This document shows, piece by piece, positions 51,069 to 64,000 of a stretch of DNA of 64,000 bases. Within the stretch, counting starts at the first letter, position 1. Each line of letters starts with the position of its first letter. Made by a program: the position numbers and the translations under genes. Under the pieces are notes generated by a model, which was not told the DNA's origin, did not search any database, and saw only the letters and a list, made by a program, of their open reading frames with translations. The stretch comes from Owenia fusiformis (taxonomy: Eukaryota): contig CAIIXF020000001.1 in NCBI GenBank assembly GCA_903813345.2, positions 9,672,001 through 9,736,000 of the forward strand, written 5' to 3'.

Positions 51069-51431
51069 GGTTCACGTAGGTTATCGCAAACAATTTCAGA
51101 CAGTTATATCTTCATTCATTTTGGTCATCCAAAATCAACTTTTCCTTTAAGGAAATAGAACATGTCTCAAAACACTTTCTAATTATGCATTCAACAATAT
51201 AATAAAAGGTTCCATTTTTTGTGAAAATTAGGTCAACATTTTTAAAAAAGTATGTTGATTGGTCCATTGCCCCTTTATATCACTTAGGTCTGATTAACTA
51301 AATCATCATTATATCCACTTTTCTTGAAGATGACAGATAGGTCTAAAAGATACATCCATTTTCATGATCAGAAAATATTCAATATTCAAGTTAAAATTAT
51401 CTGAAATTGTTTGCGATAACCTATGTGCTCC
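51069..51431. mobile_element. Spy-type MITE (AAA|TTT flanks)
   Basis: AAA|GGTTCACGTAGGTTATCGCAAACAATTTCAGA ... TCTGAAATTGTTTGCGATAACCTATGTGCTCC|TTT; TIR of about 32 bp. Confidence 0.7.
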
Positions 51432-52143
51432 TTTCAGCTGATGACAATCAGTGGAGTAAAAGTCCTGGTTTATCCAGTTAATAAAAATATGTTTACATTC
51501 AATGATTAGATCGAGGAAGAATTTATTTGATTGTACATTCATAATTCAGAATCAAGTGATGCTCATCAGAAAGTCTGTTAAGTATTTTAGTTACATTTTT
51601 TCAACCATTTACAAGAAAATATAAAAGGTTGCGTCTTCAATGAGCGAATGGTTCTGGTTCAGTCCATATGTCTGTCCAGATAAGTAAAATTTTGATGAAT
51701 TAAAAGTATAAACTGTATTTATCCTCATGCAGAAGTGTGTCAGTATTTTCATTAAAAATTCCTGATATGCTAGCCACTTTGAAAATTTATAGCTACTTTT
51801 GAATCAAATCTTTTTAATTGGATTTTGAAATTAATTGAACATTTCATATTGAACTTGTTTAAAAGTGGGGTCAGTATGGCCTCGGCCTTTTCCAGGTCAA
51901 CCTATGTTTCTGTATAAATATTCTTGCTTCTAGCTAGCTTTATTCTACTAACAGTCCATGCAACGGACATATGTGCCAGCACAGTGCTATGTAATGCGTA
52001 TTGTTTATGTGTACCAGTCAGATGCATTAAATAAGAAAGATGTGTTTTCCATTGGCAATTAATTGTACATGTGTGTGGAAAGTTGGAAACCAACATGTTC
52101 TTTTTTATTTTTTGACATTTGCCAAATATGTGTTGTCAAGTAG

Positions 52144-53623
52144 TTAGACTCCAGATGTCAATCTGGAGTCTATTGTTTTTGCCAGTATTCTTCTTTATTA
52201 TTATTATTCTTCTACCTACGTTTTCTCCTTAACTAGAAGACATTGAGTCAAGTCCTGTATATGTTCAATTTAGGTCCAGTATCTAGTTTCTCGGAAATTG
52301 GGTCAATTTTTTATCTAGGTCAAAGGTCAAGAACTAGGTCAAATCTTACATTTTCAACATTCTATCAATTATCTTCGTCATTATTTATCAAAACGTCTTC
52401 GTCTTTTTTTCATCATGTAGCTTAGGAAAAGCCCTTTCATAAGTGTCCCTGTTTTTTTTTAATTACTCTTACCGATTTTGAAATATGGCGTCCAGAAAGT
52501 AGGTCAAAACAAAAGTTCTCCAAATTCAGGGTATGAGTTATGAATTAGGATTAGAATTTTGTCAGGAATCTGAATCTGCAAACCAAATTTTGATCCGACT
52601 TCCGGTTCGGAAGTTATTTCGTTTTAAAAGTTCAAAAATCGCTAAATTTGGTGCCCATGTTAAGTCAATGGGAAAAAAGATTTTTTTGAAGTGAAGAATT
52701 CGAAATATAGACTGAGTTCAGCTTAATTTAATGAAAGCTTTTAAAAGAAGGGGACCTAAAAAGCCATCTAGCTTCAAAATTTGGACACCAACATGCCTAG
52801 GTCAAAATCTAGGTCAAATTCAAAGGTTTTCCTTATTTTTGCAATTCTGACACTACACTTCAATAATATTCTTTGAAATTGTGTATACATGTAGCCAAGA
52901 GTGTGCTAATAGTGTTAGCCTTTTGCCGTCAGAAAGTATTTTGATCCACTTTTGAGATATGGTGTCCGAAAAGTAGGTCAAAATAAAAAGTTCTCCAAAT
53001 TTAACGTATGAGTTATGAATTAAGGATAGAATTTTCTAAGGAATCCGAATCTGCAAACGGAATTTCGATCCGACTTCCGGTCCCGAAATTATGGCGTGTC
53101 CAAAAAGTAGGTCAAAATAAAAGTTCGCCAAATTTAACGTATGAGTTATGAATTAGGGGTAGAATTTTGTCAGGCATCCGAATCTTTAAATCAAATTTCG
53201 ATCCGACTTCCGGTTCGGAAGTTATGGCGTTTTGAAATTTCGGAAAATCGATCTGATGGTATCCTGATAGAAAGTCAAGAGTAGAGAAAAAAATATTGAA
53301 AAATTCATTCATTCTTCCTATCTGATCCTATCCTATCATATCCTTCCTATCTATCCTTCCTTCGTATCCTTTCCTTCCTATCCTTCCTATCATATCCTAT
53401 CATATCCTTTCTTCCTATTCTGTTCTATCCTATCCTTCTTTCTTATTCTATCCTATCGTTCCTTCCCATTCTATCCTATCCTACCTTCCTATTTTATCCA
53501 TCCATCTTATTCTGGATGACTCAGCTTATTCTGGATGACTCGGCTTATTTTAGATGACTGGGCTTAAAAAAGTCTAGATCTGGAGTCTGAAATTGAACTT
53601 CGTTCAATTTCCAAAGTCTAGTT
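52144..53623 (+). mobile_element. Helentron/DINE-1-like element, family B copy 3
   Basis: Reverse orientation relative to 7346-10820: AGACTCCAGAT-gtca-ATCTGGAGTCT start, (TCCTA)-type tract at 53310-53505, GAAATTGAACTTCGTTCAATTTC hairpin, CTAGTT end. Confidence 0.85.
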
Positions 53624-53783
53624 GTTTTTCCCGTCTCATGAATATTCTCAGTGGCATATCAACAATTGTGTTAAGGGGGTTAGAATTGATGAAGTGATGT
53701 GCAAGATGCAAATGTTTCTCAATATAAGATTTCCAAAATATCCCTGTCATATACATATCTGTGAGACCCAAGACATTACATTT

Positions 53784-55244
53784 TTATTAGGAGGCCCCAA
53801 CGGGGGGGCCTCCTATAGATTTTATAGATATTATTTATTATTCTTTATTATTATTTATTCTTCTCTGCACTTTTTCTCCTACTTCTAACTAGATTTCAAC
53901 TATCTACTATATGAACCTACTAGGGACCTAGGTTGAACTTACCGGGAAAGGAATTTTTATCTAGGTCAAGGTCAAAGGTCAAAATCTAGGTCAAATCAAA
54001 GTTTTTTCTAAGTTTCTCAGATTTCGTCCTCATACTTCATTATTTCTTGCGATAAATTAAAATGTAACTAGATATAAGCATTTCCTACAAATTACTCACT
54101 ATATGTTCGCGTTAATTTTTTACCGTTTTTGAGATAATTGACGTCAAAAAACGGTAAAAATTGGTCATTTTTCAACTTGCTTCAAATTAACCAATTTTTT
54201 TTTTAAAAATCATCTACAAGTTCTCAGGAACTCAAATCTGACCTTAGTTTTGACCTTTGGTTGACCTTCAGTGACCTTCGAAAGGTCAAAAAAGTTGATT
54301 TTTCAAATTGATTTTCTGGATTCGAATTTAGGTACATTTGATCACAAAAGACCCACTGAGGTCTAAAAAAGTAAAATTTGCAAGGTCAAAGGTCAAGGTC
54401 ATCAAACTAAATCACAAACTGTGTTTTCTAAGTTTCTAAGTTTTGGTGACTACAAATCAATATTTTTTCATGAAAGTCAGGATATATATTCCTCTATAGG
54501 TTCTACACATATTAGCAATTGACTATTCATTAAAATTGTGTACCAGTTTTGAGATATTAGAACTCAAAAACTGAAAAAAGGTCAAATTTCGAAACTTTTC
54601 AAGACTAAATTTCAACTTGCTTCAAATTGACCAAATGTTTTTTAAAAATCATCTACAAGTTCTCAGGACCTCAAATCTGACCTTAGTTTTGACCTTTGAC
54701 CTTTGGTTGACCTTCAGTGACCTTCTAAAGGTCAAAAAAGTTGATTTTTTAAATTGATTTTCTGGATTCAAATTTAGGTATATTTGATCACAAAAGACCC
54801 ACTGAGGTCTAAAAAAGTAAGACTTGCAAGGTCAAAGGTCAAGGTCATCAAACTTAATCACAAACTGTGTTTTCTAAGTTTCTAAGTTTTGGTGACTACA
54901 AATCAATATCTTTTCATGAAAGTCAGGATATATATTCCTCTATAGGTTCTACACATATTAGCAATTGACTATTTATTAAAATTGGGTACCAGTTTTGAGA
55001 TATTAGAACTCAAAAACCGAAAAAAGGTCTAATGTTGAAATTTTTCAAGGTCAAACTTCACATTGCTTCAAATTGACCAAACTTTTTTTTTAAAATCATC
55101 TACAAGATGCCTGGAGTTCATATATGACCTTGTTTTTAAGATTTGACCTTTGGCTGACCTTTAAATGTTCAAAAAAGCCTACGGGGCCTCCGTAAGATTG
55201 CTTGCAATCTTTATACGATTGCTTGCAATCTTATACATCTAGTT
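53784..55244 (+). mobile_element. Helentron/DINE-1-like element, family A copy 4
   Basis: TTATTAGGAGGCCCC...GGGGCCTCCT start; about 3 monomers; GGGGCCTCC, duplicated GATTGCTTGCAATC hairpin, CTAGTT end. Confidence 0.85.
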
Positions 55245-55570
55245 ATATCAAAATAGATGAACTTCCGTCAGATGAATTATTTATTTTCATCATTTTCCCC
55301 AAGAAGGAGGTCTATTTGTATCCAAATATTTATTTTAATAGCGACATCCAGTTACTGAAAAGCGAATCCGTCATGAGTATATACAACCAAGGCCTCCAAC
55401 AATGCAGTGAGGATTCCTCACTTTGATTATTGAAGCTGTTGAATATATTTGTGACTGACTAGCTTTTCTGGAACCAGATGTTACTATTAAAATACTTGGA
55501 TACAAATTGACCTCCTTCTTGGTGAAAATAAAAATTTCTTCCGACAGTGGTCTATCTATTATTTGTTATA
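55245..55570. repeat. Imperfect foldback (MITE relic) with arms of about 110 bp
   Basis: CCAAGAAGGAGGTCTATTTGTATCCAA (about 55299) vs TTGGATACAAATTGACCTCCTTCTTGG (about 55496), with further flanking complementarity. Confidence 0.65.
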
Positions 55571-58500
55571 AAGACTTTGAAACCAGGTCAGGACTAGTCC
55601 AGGGACAAGATGTTTGATGAGATTTGCTATGCCCCGGTGTCATTGTATATATTGTTGAAATGCAAATGTATATATACGAAATGTTGAAAACATACTGTGG
55701 GTACTTTTTGTGAAAAATATGCCAATGAAAAGGTGCAATTGCTACATATAGACTTAAGAAACCATAAAAGGTGCTATAGGAGTATGATGAGAAAAGTGCA
55801 TTTGTTAAAGTAGCAAAATTTTTGATGTCAATAGAACACGCTTTTTTTTGTGTAATATCGGACACATTATGTTAAATGAATGTGTAATGTTAGTAAGGGA
55901 GTGTAGGAATTTGTGTCTGTGCTATGACTAGTGTTAAAATCTTCAATGTACAGAATGTTCATCTCAGTTAAATAAGAAAGAACAAGAAATGTAATGGATG
56001 ACATCATATCACTAATCAGGTACAAGAAAAATCTTAAATGGCAGAGAGAATCCAAGATGTCCAGCCAAAACCTCATGAACTCTAATACTTGTCATCTAAA
56101 ATTTGTACAAATATAAGTAAATCTCGTTAGCATTTTTTTTCTCGATTCAAAATGTCAAAAAAAGTGTGATGTCACAGTCATGTCAATGAAATATCAAGAA
56201 AAAGAATATGATAATGGGATAAATTATTGCACTAAGATTGCAAATTAGACAGAATGTTTCATAAAACTAACAGAAAAATATTTAAACATTGTTATTACTG
56301 TATTTTTATAAAATTCAATTTGTACACAGAAGAGAAATCATTCTTACATGTTTTTATTCAATGAACCATAAAATTGTACGCAGTTATATGGAAATCATGA
56401 ATTACATGTATCCATTTAATAAATGATATTGTACGCAATTATATGGAAATCATGAATTACACTAAATTTTGATTCATACAGAAATAGCTGGCACCAACAT
56501 TGGTTGTATAAAATAATATAAAAATATTGTGATGACAATACAATAGATGTGAATACTAGCACTGAATAGGAAAAGTTGCACTGAATCAAACCCCTAAAAA
56601 CAATGACAAATGTTGTGCTACATACAATCCTTCAATGGTGAATATTGCATTACGTACATTCACTCACTATGACGATGAATGTTGGTTACTGATTAGTGAT
56701 CTCAATGATATTTCATTTGACATGTATCTACATTGTATAAATGTAGCATCTTGTGTATCTTACGTATATGAGGGAATATGGTATTTCCATTTGTTATGAT
56801 AGTTCAATTATTCAAATTGAAATAAATGCTTTCTGAAGCACCAAATTATGTGTTATGTTTATGCTAACTGGCAGATCTAGATTCCCAAATGAAAAACTGG
56901 GAAATTACCTTGAAAATTCCAACGAACAGCAAAAAGTCTAGCATGGTAAACTGACATTCGTTTTACAATATTTCAGAAGTTCTAATAAAAAGCCCTTTGT
57001 ATATATACATTCATGTTTTATCATAATGTATACAACATGAAGTGAGGCATTAGATATTATATTTATAGTTGCACATTTGTGTTGTCAGCTGAATTCAACA
57101 TGTGATGAATAAAATAGTTCACAAACTGAATAAATATGTGTAAATACAGTGTATAAGTAGTAAATGATAATAATATTGTTCAATACAATTACTGTAATAT
57201 AGGTCACAAAATCATTTCTAATTGCTCTACATGGTAGACATTCACTTAATTTTTATCTAAACCAAATTGCTAATATTTCATTGTGTACTGAAGCAGCTTA
57301 CATGTACATGTATATAACGATAAAAATGAGCAAGAATATGAGATTTGCTCCAAAATTGATCCAAGTCATTCCAGCACTGTACAACCAGCCATTTTCAGAA
57401 CATCCATGATCTTCAGTGTATTATTTTATTTTTATTGAAATCTAAATTCATGTAGCATAGCTATTATATAATCATTCTACCATCTAATCAATCCTACTGC
57501 ACTGCTCTATTTTTTACACTACATACTAGTATTTATATGTGTCATTTACATGCTATACAAATTCATTCCTAATCTAATGGCACCTCACACAATAGCCTTC
57601 AAATAAGAGGAAGGAAAACCCCAGAGCTTAGAGATGACAGACAATTACATCTCTTGCTTACCAACTTGGTTTGTTTGAATTTTCACCGGCAAGTTTCTGA
57701 ATAATACAACGTCGTTGTGATGTTTCAATCGATGTTAGCATATTCCTAACATCTTTCTTTGTCTTGATGTGAAATAACAAGCAATTATATTGGTTAAAAT
57801 GCCAGAAATTAACATAATATTATTTGAAGCATTTTTAGAAAATTCTGAAATCGCTAGCGAATGACATGATTTGTCTGTCGATTTGACCAATCAGGGAGAA
57901 TGTCTTCTCGATGCACATTTTGTGTCTTCTCTGAACCCTTGGATATTCCCCCTCTTCTTTTAAATGTAGGTGTTAAATCTCATGGAGCCCATCTTGACCT
58001 AATGACCAAATATAAATTACTGTTGAAAATGTTCAACTTTGGTCCTAGACTCCTAGCTAGGTTTTATATTGACACACATTTGAATCAAATCCCTACATGT
58101 TGTGAGGACTGAATGCTTTTAAATACTGGGACATTGACAGCTTATATGAATTTCAAGATATGACATGCAATCTCACTGTTAAAACTGTAATAGGCTATAC
58201 ATCAATGTTTGTATATCAATGCATATTGTAAGCCAATGTTAATGCTCACAAATGACAATTAAAATAAATTGAATTTTTCAATTAGTTAAGAGATCACACT
58301 GACCTGTAATATTGATATGTATCGATATGTTAAAACAGTATTTTTACACCCATCTGAATACTTAAGATGATGTACTTTGACCTGACTACCCCCCCCCACA
58401 CACACACACAGTTTATCATGAACATATTAGTGAAATTCTCAAGCATACAAACCATATAACCTCGAACAGCTCTGAGAATGTTTTAATAAACCAACAGCCT

Positions 58501-58961
58501 TTGGGATCAGGTCAAAATCCACCAAGATGTTTTGGTGGAAATATTGATCATTCATAAATATCAATACATTTACATGTATTGATTTCCTAAAATTATATGA
58601 AGGAGATTTTGTAGAATTGGAAACATGGATCTTTTGATACAATCCCTTATACAATTAAATAAACCACCAAGGACACTCAATACTTGATCTTAAGTGGTTT
58701 TGTTTCAGTAAAATGTGCGTATGTTGCCTTTGTAAAAATTGAAGTGTTCATTAAAACTTGAGATGTGCATAATTTGAACGTGACTTCTTGAACCCGAACC
58801 TTTAAATATCTTTGATGTGTGTTAGCCTAATCAGAATGACACAAATACACAACTCAAGATTGTACTTTTAGTTTATATTGCCAAACTCCCAATTGTCTGC
58901 ATCTTTCTTTCCTCTGTTTTTGAAATAATTGAAATCAGTTCTGATTTAGAGATGTGGTTGG

Positions 58962-60098
58962 TTAATAGGTACGTTGGTACTGTGCTGGTTGGTTTGATTG
59001 GTAGGGTGAGTACTGAGCCTGGGGGGAGTACTGTTGTTGGTACTGCTGATTAGATTGCTGACCCTGGGGCTGACCCCCCTTCTGCTGCATCTGCGGGACC
59101 CCCTTGCGGTACACCAGCATGTTCAATGTTGATTTACGCTGGATGTAATCTATGGCTTTCTTGTGTGTCACTACTGTGTAGTCATGACCATTTACCTGGA
59201 GGAAAATAAGTTGGGGAAATGGAGATGTAGGCAAACATTTAGACTTAAAACATGCCTTACAGAAAGGCATTTTCTGTAAATGCTAATGCATGATAAAAAG
59301 GTCCTTGCCTATAAGTGCATTTTTAAATGGTGTACTTTAGGATCAGAGAAGCACAGAGCACCTTTACTATATGAAGTACAGATAGGTTATTACTAGAGAA
59401 GATACTCTCTCCAAAATGTCTCTTCATTTAAATCAAATCAATTTTGTTGGGAAAATGGAAAGGGGAGAAATGTACATGTATTACAATAAATTATTGCTCA
59501 TAATTAAAGGTAAGGTCAAACATGAAATAATCCATTCTTACCTCTAGAAAGCAGGGTGAATTATGTGAACACTCACCTGTAATATTTTGTCATGGATCTG
59601 TAGACCTGCCCTTGCAGCAGGGCTGTTGTCATAGATATAGGTAATGTAGACACCCTACAAGTATAGTAGTATCATGTACCATGTGATATTAAATTCACCA
59701 TTCAACAAAGTGACACTAGAGAGTAAGAGTCGGAACCTGATACTAAAATAAGTACAGTAGATGAATATGATGTGGATACCAGTGTAAAAATAGGGTGCAC
59801 TGATTAAAATACACACTCTTTATACAGTAACAGAAAACATGCACTATGGTGGTATAGAACTTGTTCGTTTGTTTGTTATTTTGTTTGTTTCCTTGTTTGT
59901 TTGTTTGTTTGTTGAGCAAAGCCATGAAGGTTTTACTTGCTATACCTTATCTGGGTATCCTTGGGGACTTTTAGTTGGGTCTTGGTCAATGCCACCACCT
60001 ATCTTGAACCCGCATCTGAACTGTTGCTTTCCCTCCCTGTCAAACACTGTGTTACCATCTGGGTCTGTAGCAGGATCCTTCTGTAGAACCAGGGGGAT
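58962..60098 (-). CDS. TAX1BP3: Tax1-binding protein 3 (TIP-1)-like PDZ protein, 5'-partial (last three coding exons)
   Basis: Phase-0 GT-AG exons on the minus strand: 60098-59946 (IPLVLQKD...CGFKIGGGIDQDPTKSPQGYPDK), 59654-59577 (GVYITYIYDNSPAARAGLQIHDKILQ) and 59195-58962 (VNGHDYTVVTHKKAIDYIQ...QRTY*). GFxIGGGIDQD is the TIP-1 PDZ signature. I did not find the start exon in the window. Confidence 0.92.
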
Positions 60099-60920
60099 CT
60101 GCAGATAAACAAGTATAAGAAAAATCAAATCATTTTACAACTTTTCATTTTTCAACTTTTTTTGTTGGAGAAGTATGATGAATAAAATACACATATGCAG
60201 TACATAAAAACAAAAACAAAAAACGAACAATTACAAATTTTACCATTCAATGCAGCCTACTCTTGTCATGTTATACATACATGGACACTCTAATTTAACC
60301 ATTCTGTCATTAATTACATCATATATTGATCAATGATTTCAATCGTCATTTTGAAAAATAGGGAAAATCCTAATGACAGGAATCCTAAGAAACCTGTGAT
60401 GTATTTTCATGTACATGTAAATCCACTTAAAATAGTGAAATGCTGAATCACTATTTGAAAGCATGGACTACTGAACAGCATGCTATATAAAATAAGATAT
60501 CAAATTATACCAAACAGGAGAGAACCATAAATCATCAAATTAGACATTTATAAAACAAACAGCAATCAGTTAAGTGTAAGTTTGTAAATATAGAAGCTTT
60601 TTATCTTAAAACATCCGTGGGTTAAAAATACCCTACTGACTGCATTGAAGTATCTTCAATCAGCTACTGCTGATAAAATTGGGAAAAAGAGTATTTCACT
60701 TTTAACAGGATTCATGTAAAGAAACATGATCAGTATTGTATAGCCTTATTGTACATGGTTACATTACAAAAATAAGAGAATATCAGTAGATTTTTGGATG
60801 GCTTTTGTCCAAATAATTCATTGTTTCAAAAAATGTCATGATGGGATCATTATTGACTTTGATGTCGAACTTTCCCTTTGACTGACAAATTAACATTCCG
60901 ACTAATGATGCCAGGTCTTA

Positions 60921-61593
60921 TGGCCTAGTCACATAGCCCGGCCGATGTCTGGCATCGGTAGAGCTCGGTGGATTTTTTTGGTGCCACCGAGCTCTCCTCA
61001 TCGGAAGTAGAGCTCGGTGATGTGAACGGACTCCGTCCGGACATCTTCAGGCGACCGACCGAACATCGGCCGGTGACCGTACGGAGTCTGTCTCAAAATG
61101 GTAGTTTTTTTCTGCCGATGTGGCAGCAACTACCGGCCGGAGGTCGGCCGGACATCGGAAGGAATACGGCCGGTACCCGAGCAGGTAACAGGACACCGTG
61201 CGATCGCCGGCCGGGTTGTTAACGGGCTTTGAACAGTGACCGGCCGATGCTCTGTCCCACATCGGCCGGAGCTCGGTCGGAGCTCGGCCGCTGTCCGTTA
61301 AAAAACCTCGTCCTCTGGTTGTCTCAGATGCACGGGACACCGGCCGATACTCGGCCGTGCACCGGCCGACATGTTTTCCGATGTGGTTACGATGGTGCTG
61401 CGATGACATGATGAGGGAGCTCGGTGAGAGCCCGGTGAAATTTAACTCCGAAGTTAAAATTTCACCGAGCTACCACCGATGCGGTTTTAAGCAACAAACG
61501 CCACGGATGTACGGCCGGTGTTCGGCCGAGTTCAGTGAAAATTGCATCGCTGGCTCATCGTAACCTCATCGGCCGGGCTATGTGACTAGGCCA
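60921..61593. mobile_element. GC-rich MITE (PIF/Harbinger-like) in the TAX1BP3 intron
   Basis: Perfect TIR TGGCCTAGTCACATAGCCCGGCCGATG with TTA/TAA flanks; many CGGCCG and GAGCTC motifs; explains four spurious ORFs. Confidence 0.85.
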
Positions 61594-64000
61594 TAACTGA
61601 AAAACTGATTCAGCATCAAAAAGGGTGATTGCGAAAATCTATCTGCACAGGGATTCCTAGATTTTATTTGTGATAAGGATGGTAAACCAGTCCACCTTGT
61701 CTTTCTTATTGGTCTCAATTAACTCTCTATGCTTTTAATTTTTTAACAGAGAGTATAATAGAGTAGCCACCATACATATATTGTTTCTGATAGACTGTTA
61801 GAAACATCTATATGGTTCTAATTTTATGGGGCATAACTAAACCACTGTAAAATAATAACATCAAATATTATCGGGTAGTTTTTTCACATCCCAGTGATAT
61901 CTCCAGGATTTTTTCAAACTGGGTGCAACTTTTTGTCGTAAAAAAATTACTGCAAGAGCATTCTATTCTAAGCTCAGTGCTTTATACCATGATATTCAAC
62001 ACTGGTAAAATTAACATTAAGCAATTATAAACTCTATTGTCTGGTTGTTATGAATGGAATTAGAATCATTCCTGTGAGGCAGACAGATGTTTTCAAATAG
62101 GCGCATTTCATCATCTGGGCGCACCTTTAGGTCCAACTGGGTGCGCCGCATGGAGAAAAGTGGCTGGGGATATCATACCACCCCTATTAAGTATTAACTG
62201 TTCACCTCATTTAAATACCGCTATAAATACATGTATGGTTATGCCAGGGATCGATTGTATAATTGCCTGCTGCAATCACTGTGAAAATGAGATGTGTGAG
62301 GCTGATCCGAGAATTATAAGTCTTAATTAACACAAGTTTCAAAAAAATTGATCAAATTAAATTATATTAGATTCAGAATGAAAGTGCCCCATCCATATTT
62401 CATATTCAATTTAAAATATTTACTGCATTAGGCAAGTACATATATAGTCCTTTTTATTGAAATTCTCTCAAAGTGTTCATATTTTGTCTGTACTAACTCA
62501 TCAAAACTTTCACCTGTTGATGAATATGACATTGATATAACAGTGTCTACTGAATGATAATAGAAAATCTCAAGTACTTTTAAAGGGCACCTACTCATTA
62601 TTTCTTAGGAAATTCTGTTTTATTGATGTCTTAAACAATGGTTGCATGGCAATAGTTTCATCTAAATATAGCTTGCTTTTCTAATGAATAAAGAATACAA
62701 TATAGAACAAAGTAATCAATGATACAGAATTTCTAATATAGAATGCAACAGAATTTCTTATTGCAATTTAAACATAAGCTGGACCAGTTAATTTTTTAGA
62801 AACAGGGGTGCTTAGTTACAATTGATGTCCTGTGAAAACTATTTAGAATATATTATTTATCAAAATGTTATAATCAGGAAAAAGAAATTATTGATTCGAT
62901 GCTGAAGTCTGCAGAAAAATTGTAAAAACCTAGTTGGAAAATCATGACATTGACTGATGACTAAGAGGGACAATAACTCCAGGATTCAAAGAAGACATTT
63001 ATAATATAAATCTGTATTGAGAAGACATCCTCGCTGATTGGTCACCTAGACAGACAAACAATGGCAGTTTCAAAATTGTCTAAACACACTTCGAATAATA
63101 TTATATTAATTTCTGGCATGTTAATTAATATCATACCTTGTTATTTTACATCAAGATAAAAAAAGATGTAAGTAATATGCTAACATCGATTAAAATATCA
63201 AGACAACATGTTGTATTCATAAACTAGCCGGAGAAAATTCTGACAAATGAAGGTGGTAAAGAAGAGACGTAATTATGTGTGTAATCTCTTTAAGTTCTGG
63301 GGTTTTTCCTACTCTTGCATTGACTGAAATCACAACATTGGTGATAAAGCATCACCCGTTTACAAGAACAATATTGCTCAACCAGTTCATTATAACAAAA
63401 TGAAATGCAGACAAATAATCATTTATCCGCATAAACTGACAAATTAACGCACTGAAATGCTCTAAGCTGATTGGCTGAGACACACTTGGTATGTTCGAAT
63501 AGCTTGTAACAACCCTGAAATTGTTGAGCTTGTGTACATGCAGCTAATTAACATTGCAACCAAAAGGTTGTAAATATCAACTACAAACAATTACCGGGAT
63601 TACAAAAATATTTGCTGATTAACAAATATTACTAATTCAGCAGACATGTCCCCAATAGTCGTAACTGATAGGACTTATTACAATCTCGAGAAGTAAAATG
63701 CTTATGCTATTACATATCGCTGGTAATTTGGATAAATAGGACATCGTAAAAGGGAAACACAAAGTTGAATAATTAAATAAGTTTGGAAAAGGGCAAAATG
63801 AAAAAGAAAACATTGGGACTCTTTTTCCTGACTTGTAACATTGCAGTATGTTTATTACTATACATGATATTGCAAATACACAAGTTTGGAAAACAAATTC
63901 ACAACATCGATAGTAACAGATATACACATGACTTAAGCGGCTCATCATATCAAAAACCTGCTGTCGTATATCCGCGGATTAATCAAGATTTTATTTACCG

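Noticed and set aside
56373-56461. 34-bp direct duplication; a similar short duplication lies at about 2147-2250
   Set aside because: Ordinary local duplications with no further structure.
60968-61563. Four Arg/Pro-rich ORFs and a CpG-island-like patch
   Set aside because: All lie inside a TIR-bounded MITE; not a gene or promoter.
60100-64000. First coding exon and promoter of TAX1BP3
   Set aside because: No suitable ATG-containing exon with a donor site was recognised; it probably lies beyond the window.

Overview
AT-rich eukaryotic (animal, probably lophotrochozoan/marine invertebrate; this is an inference) genomic DNA with two intron-containing, convergent protein-coding genes. One is a complete LIV-1-subfamily ZIP zinc transporter (SLC39A10/SLC39A6/foi-like, + strand, 9 coding exons, 38183-49231, about 787 aa) with a very long His/Asp-repeat ectodomain. 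The other is the last three coding exons of a TAX1BP3/TIP-1-like single-PDZ gene (- strand, 58962-60098) with a Gln/Tyr-rich tail. The first 28 kb is almost entirely non-autonomous transposons. A TA-flanked foldback element (2348-17486) has its left terminal repeat split by an 11.8-kb nest of five Helentron/DINE-1-like elements plus a Spy-type insertion at AAA|TTT. A 4689-bp segment is tandemly triplicated (14303-28371), apparently without differences, and ends about 750 bp upstream of the likely ZIP promoter. More Helentron-like elements, hAT/Kolobok/Harbinger/Spy-like MITEs, a 5'-truncated LINE and a tRNA-Pro-like pseudogene carried inside a TTAA-flanked MITE lie in introns and intergenic DNA. 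The most notable pattern: each Helentron-like family carries a tandem array dominated by a different transcription-factor-like motif (AGGTCA, CCGGAAGT, AAAATGGCG), and families with different termini share internal modules. All alignments were done by eye; family assignments rest on structure, not database hits.
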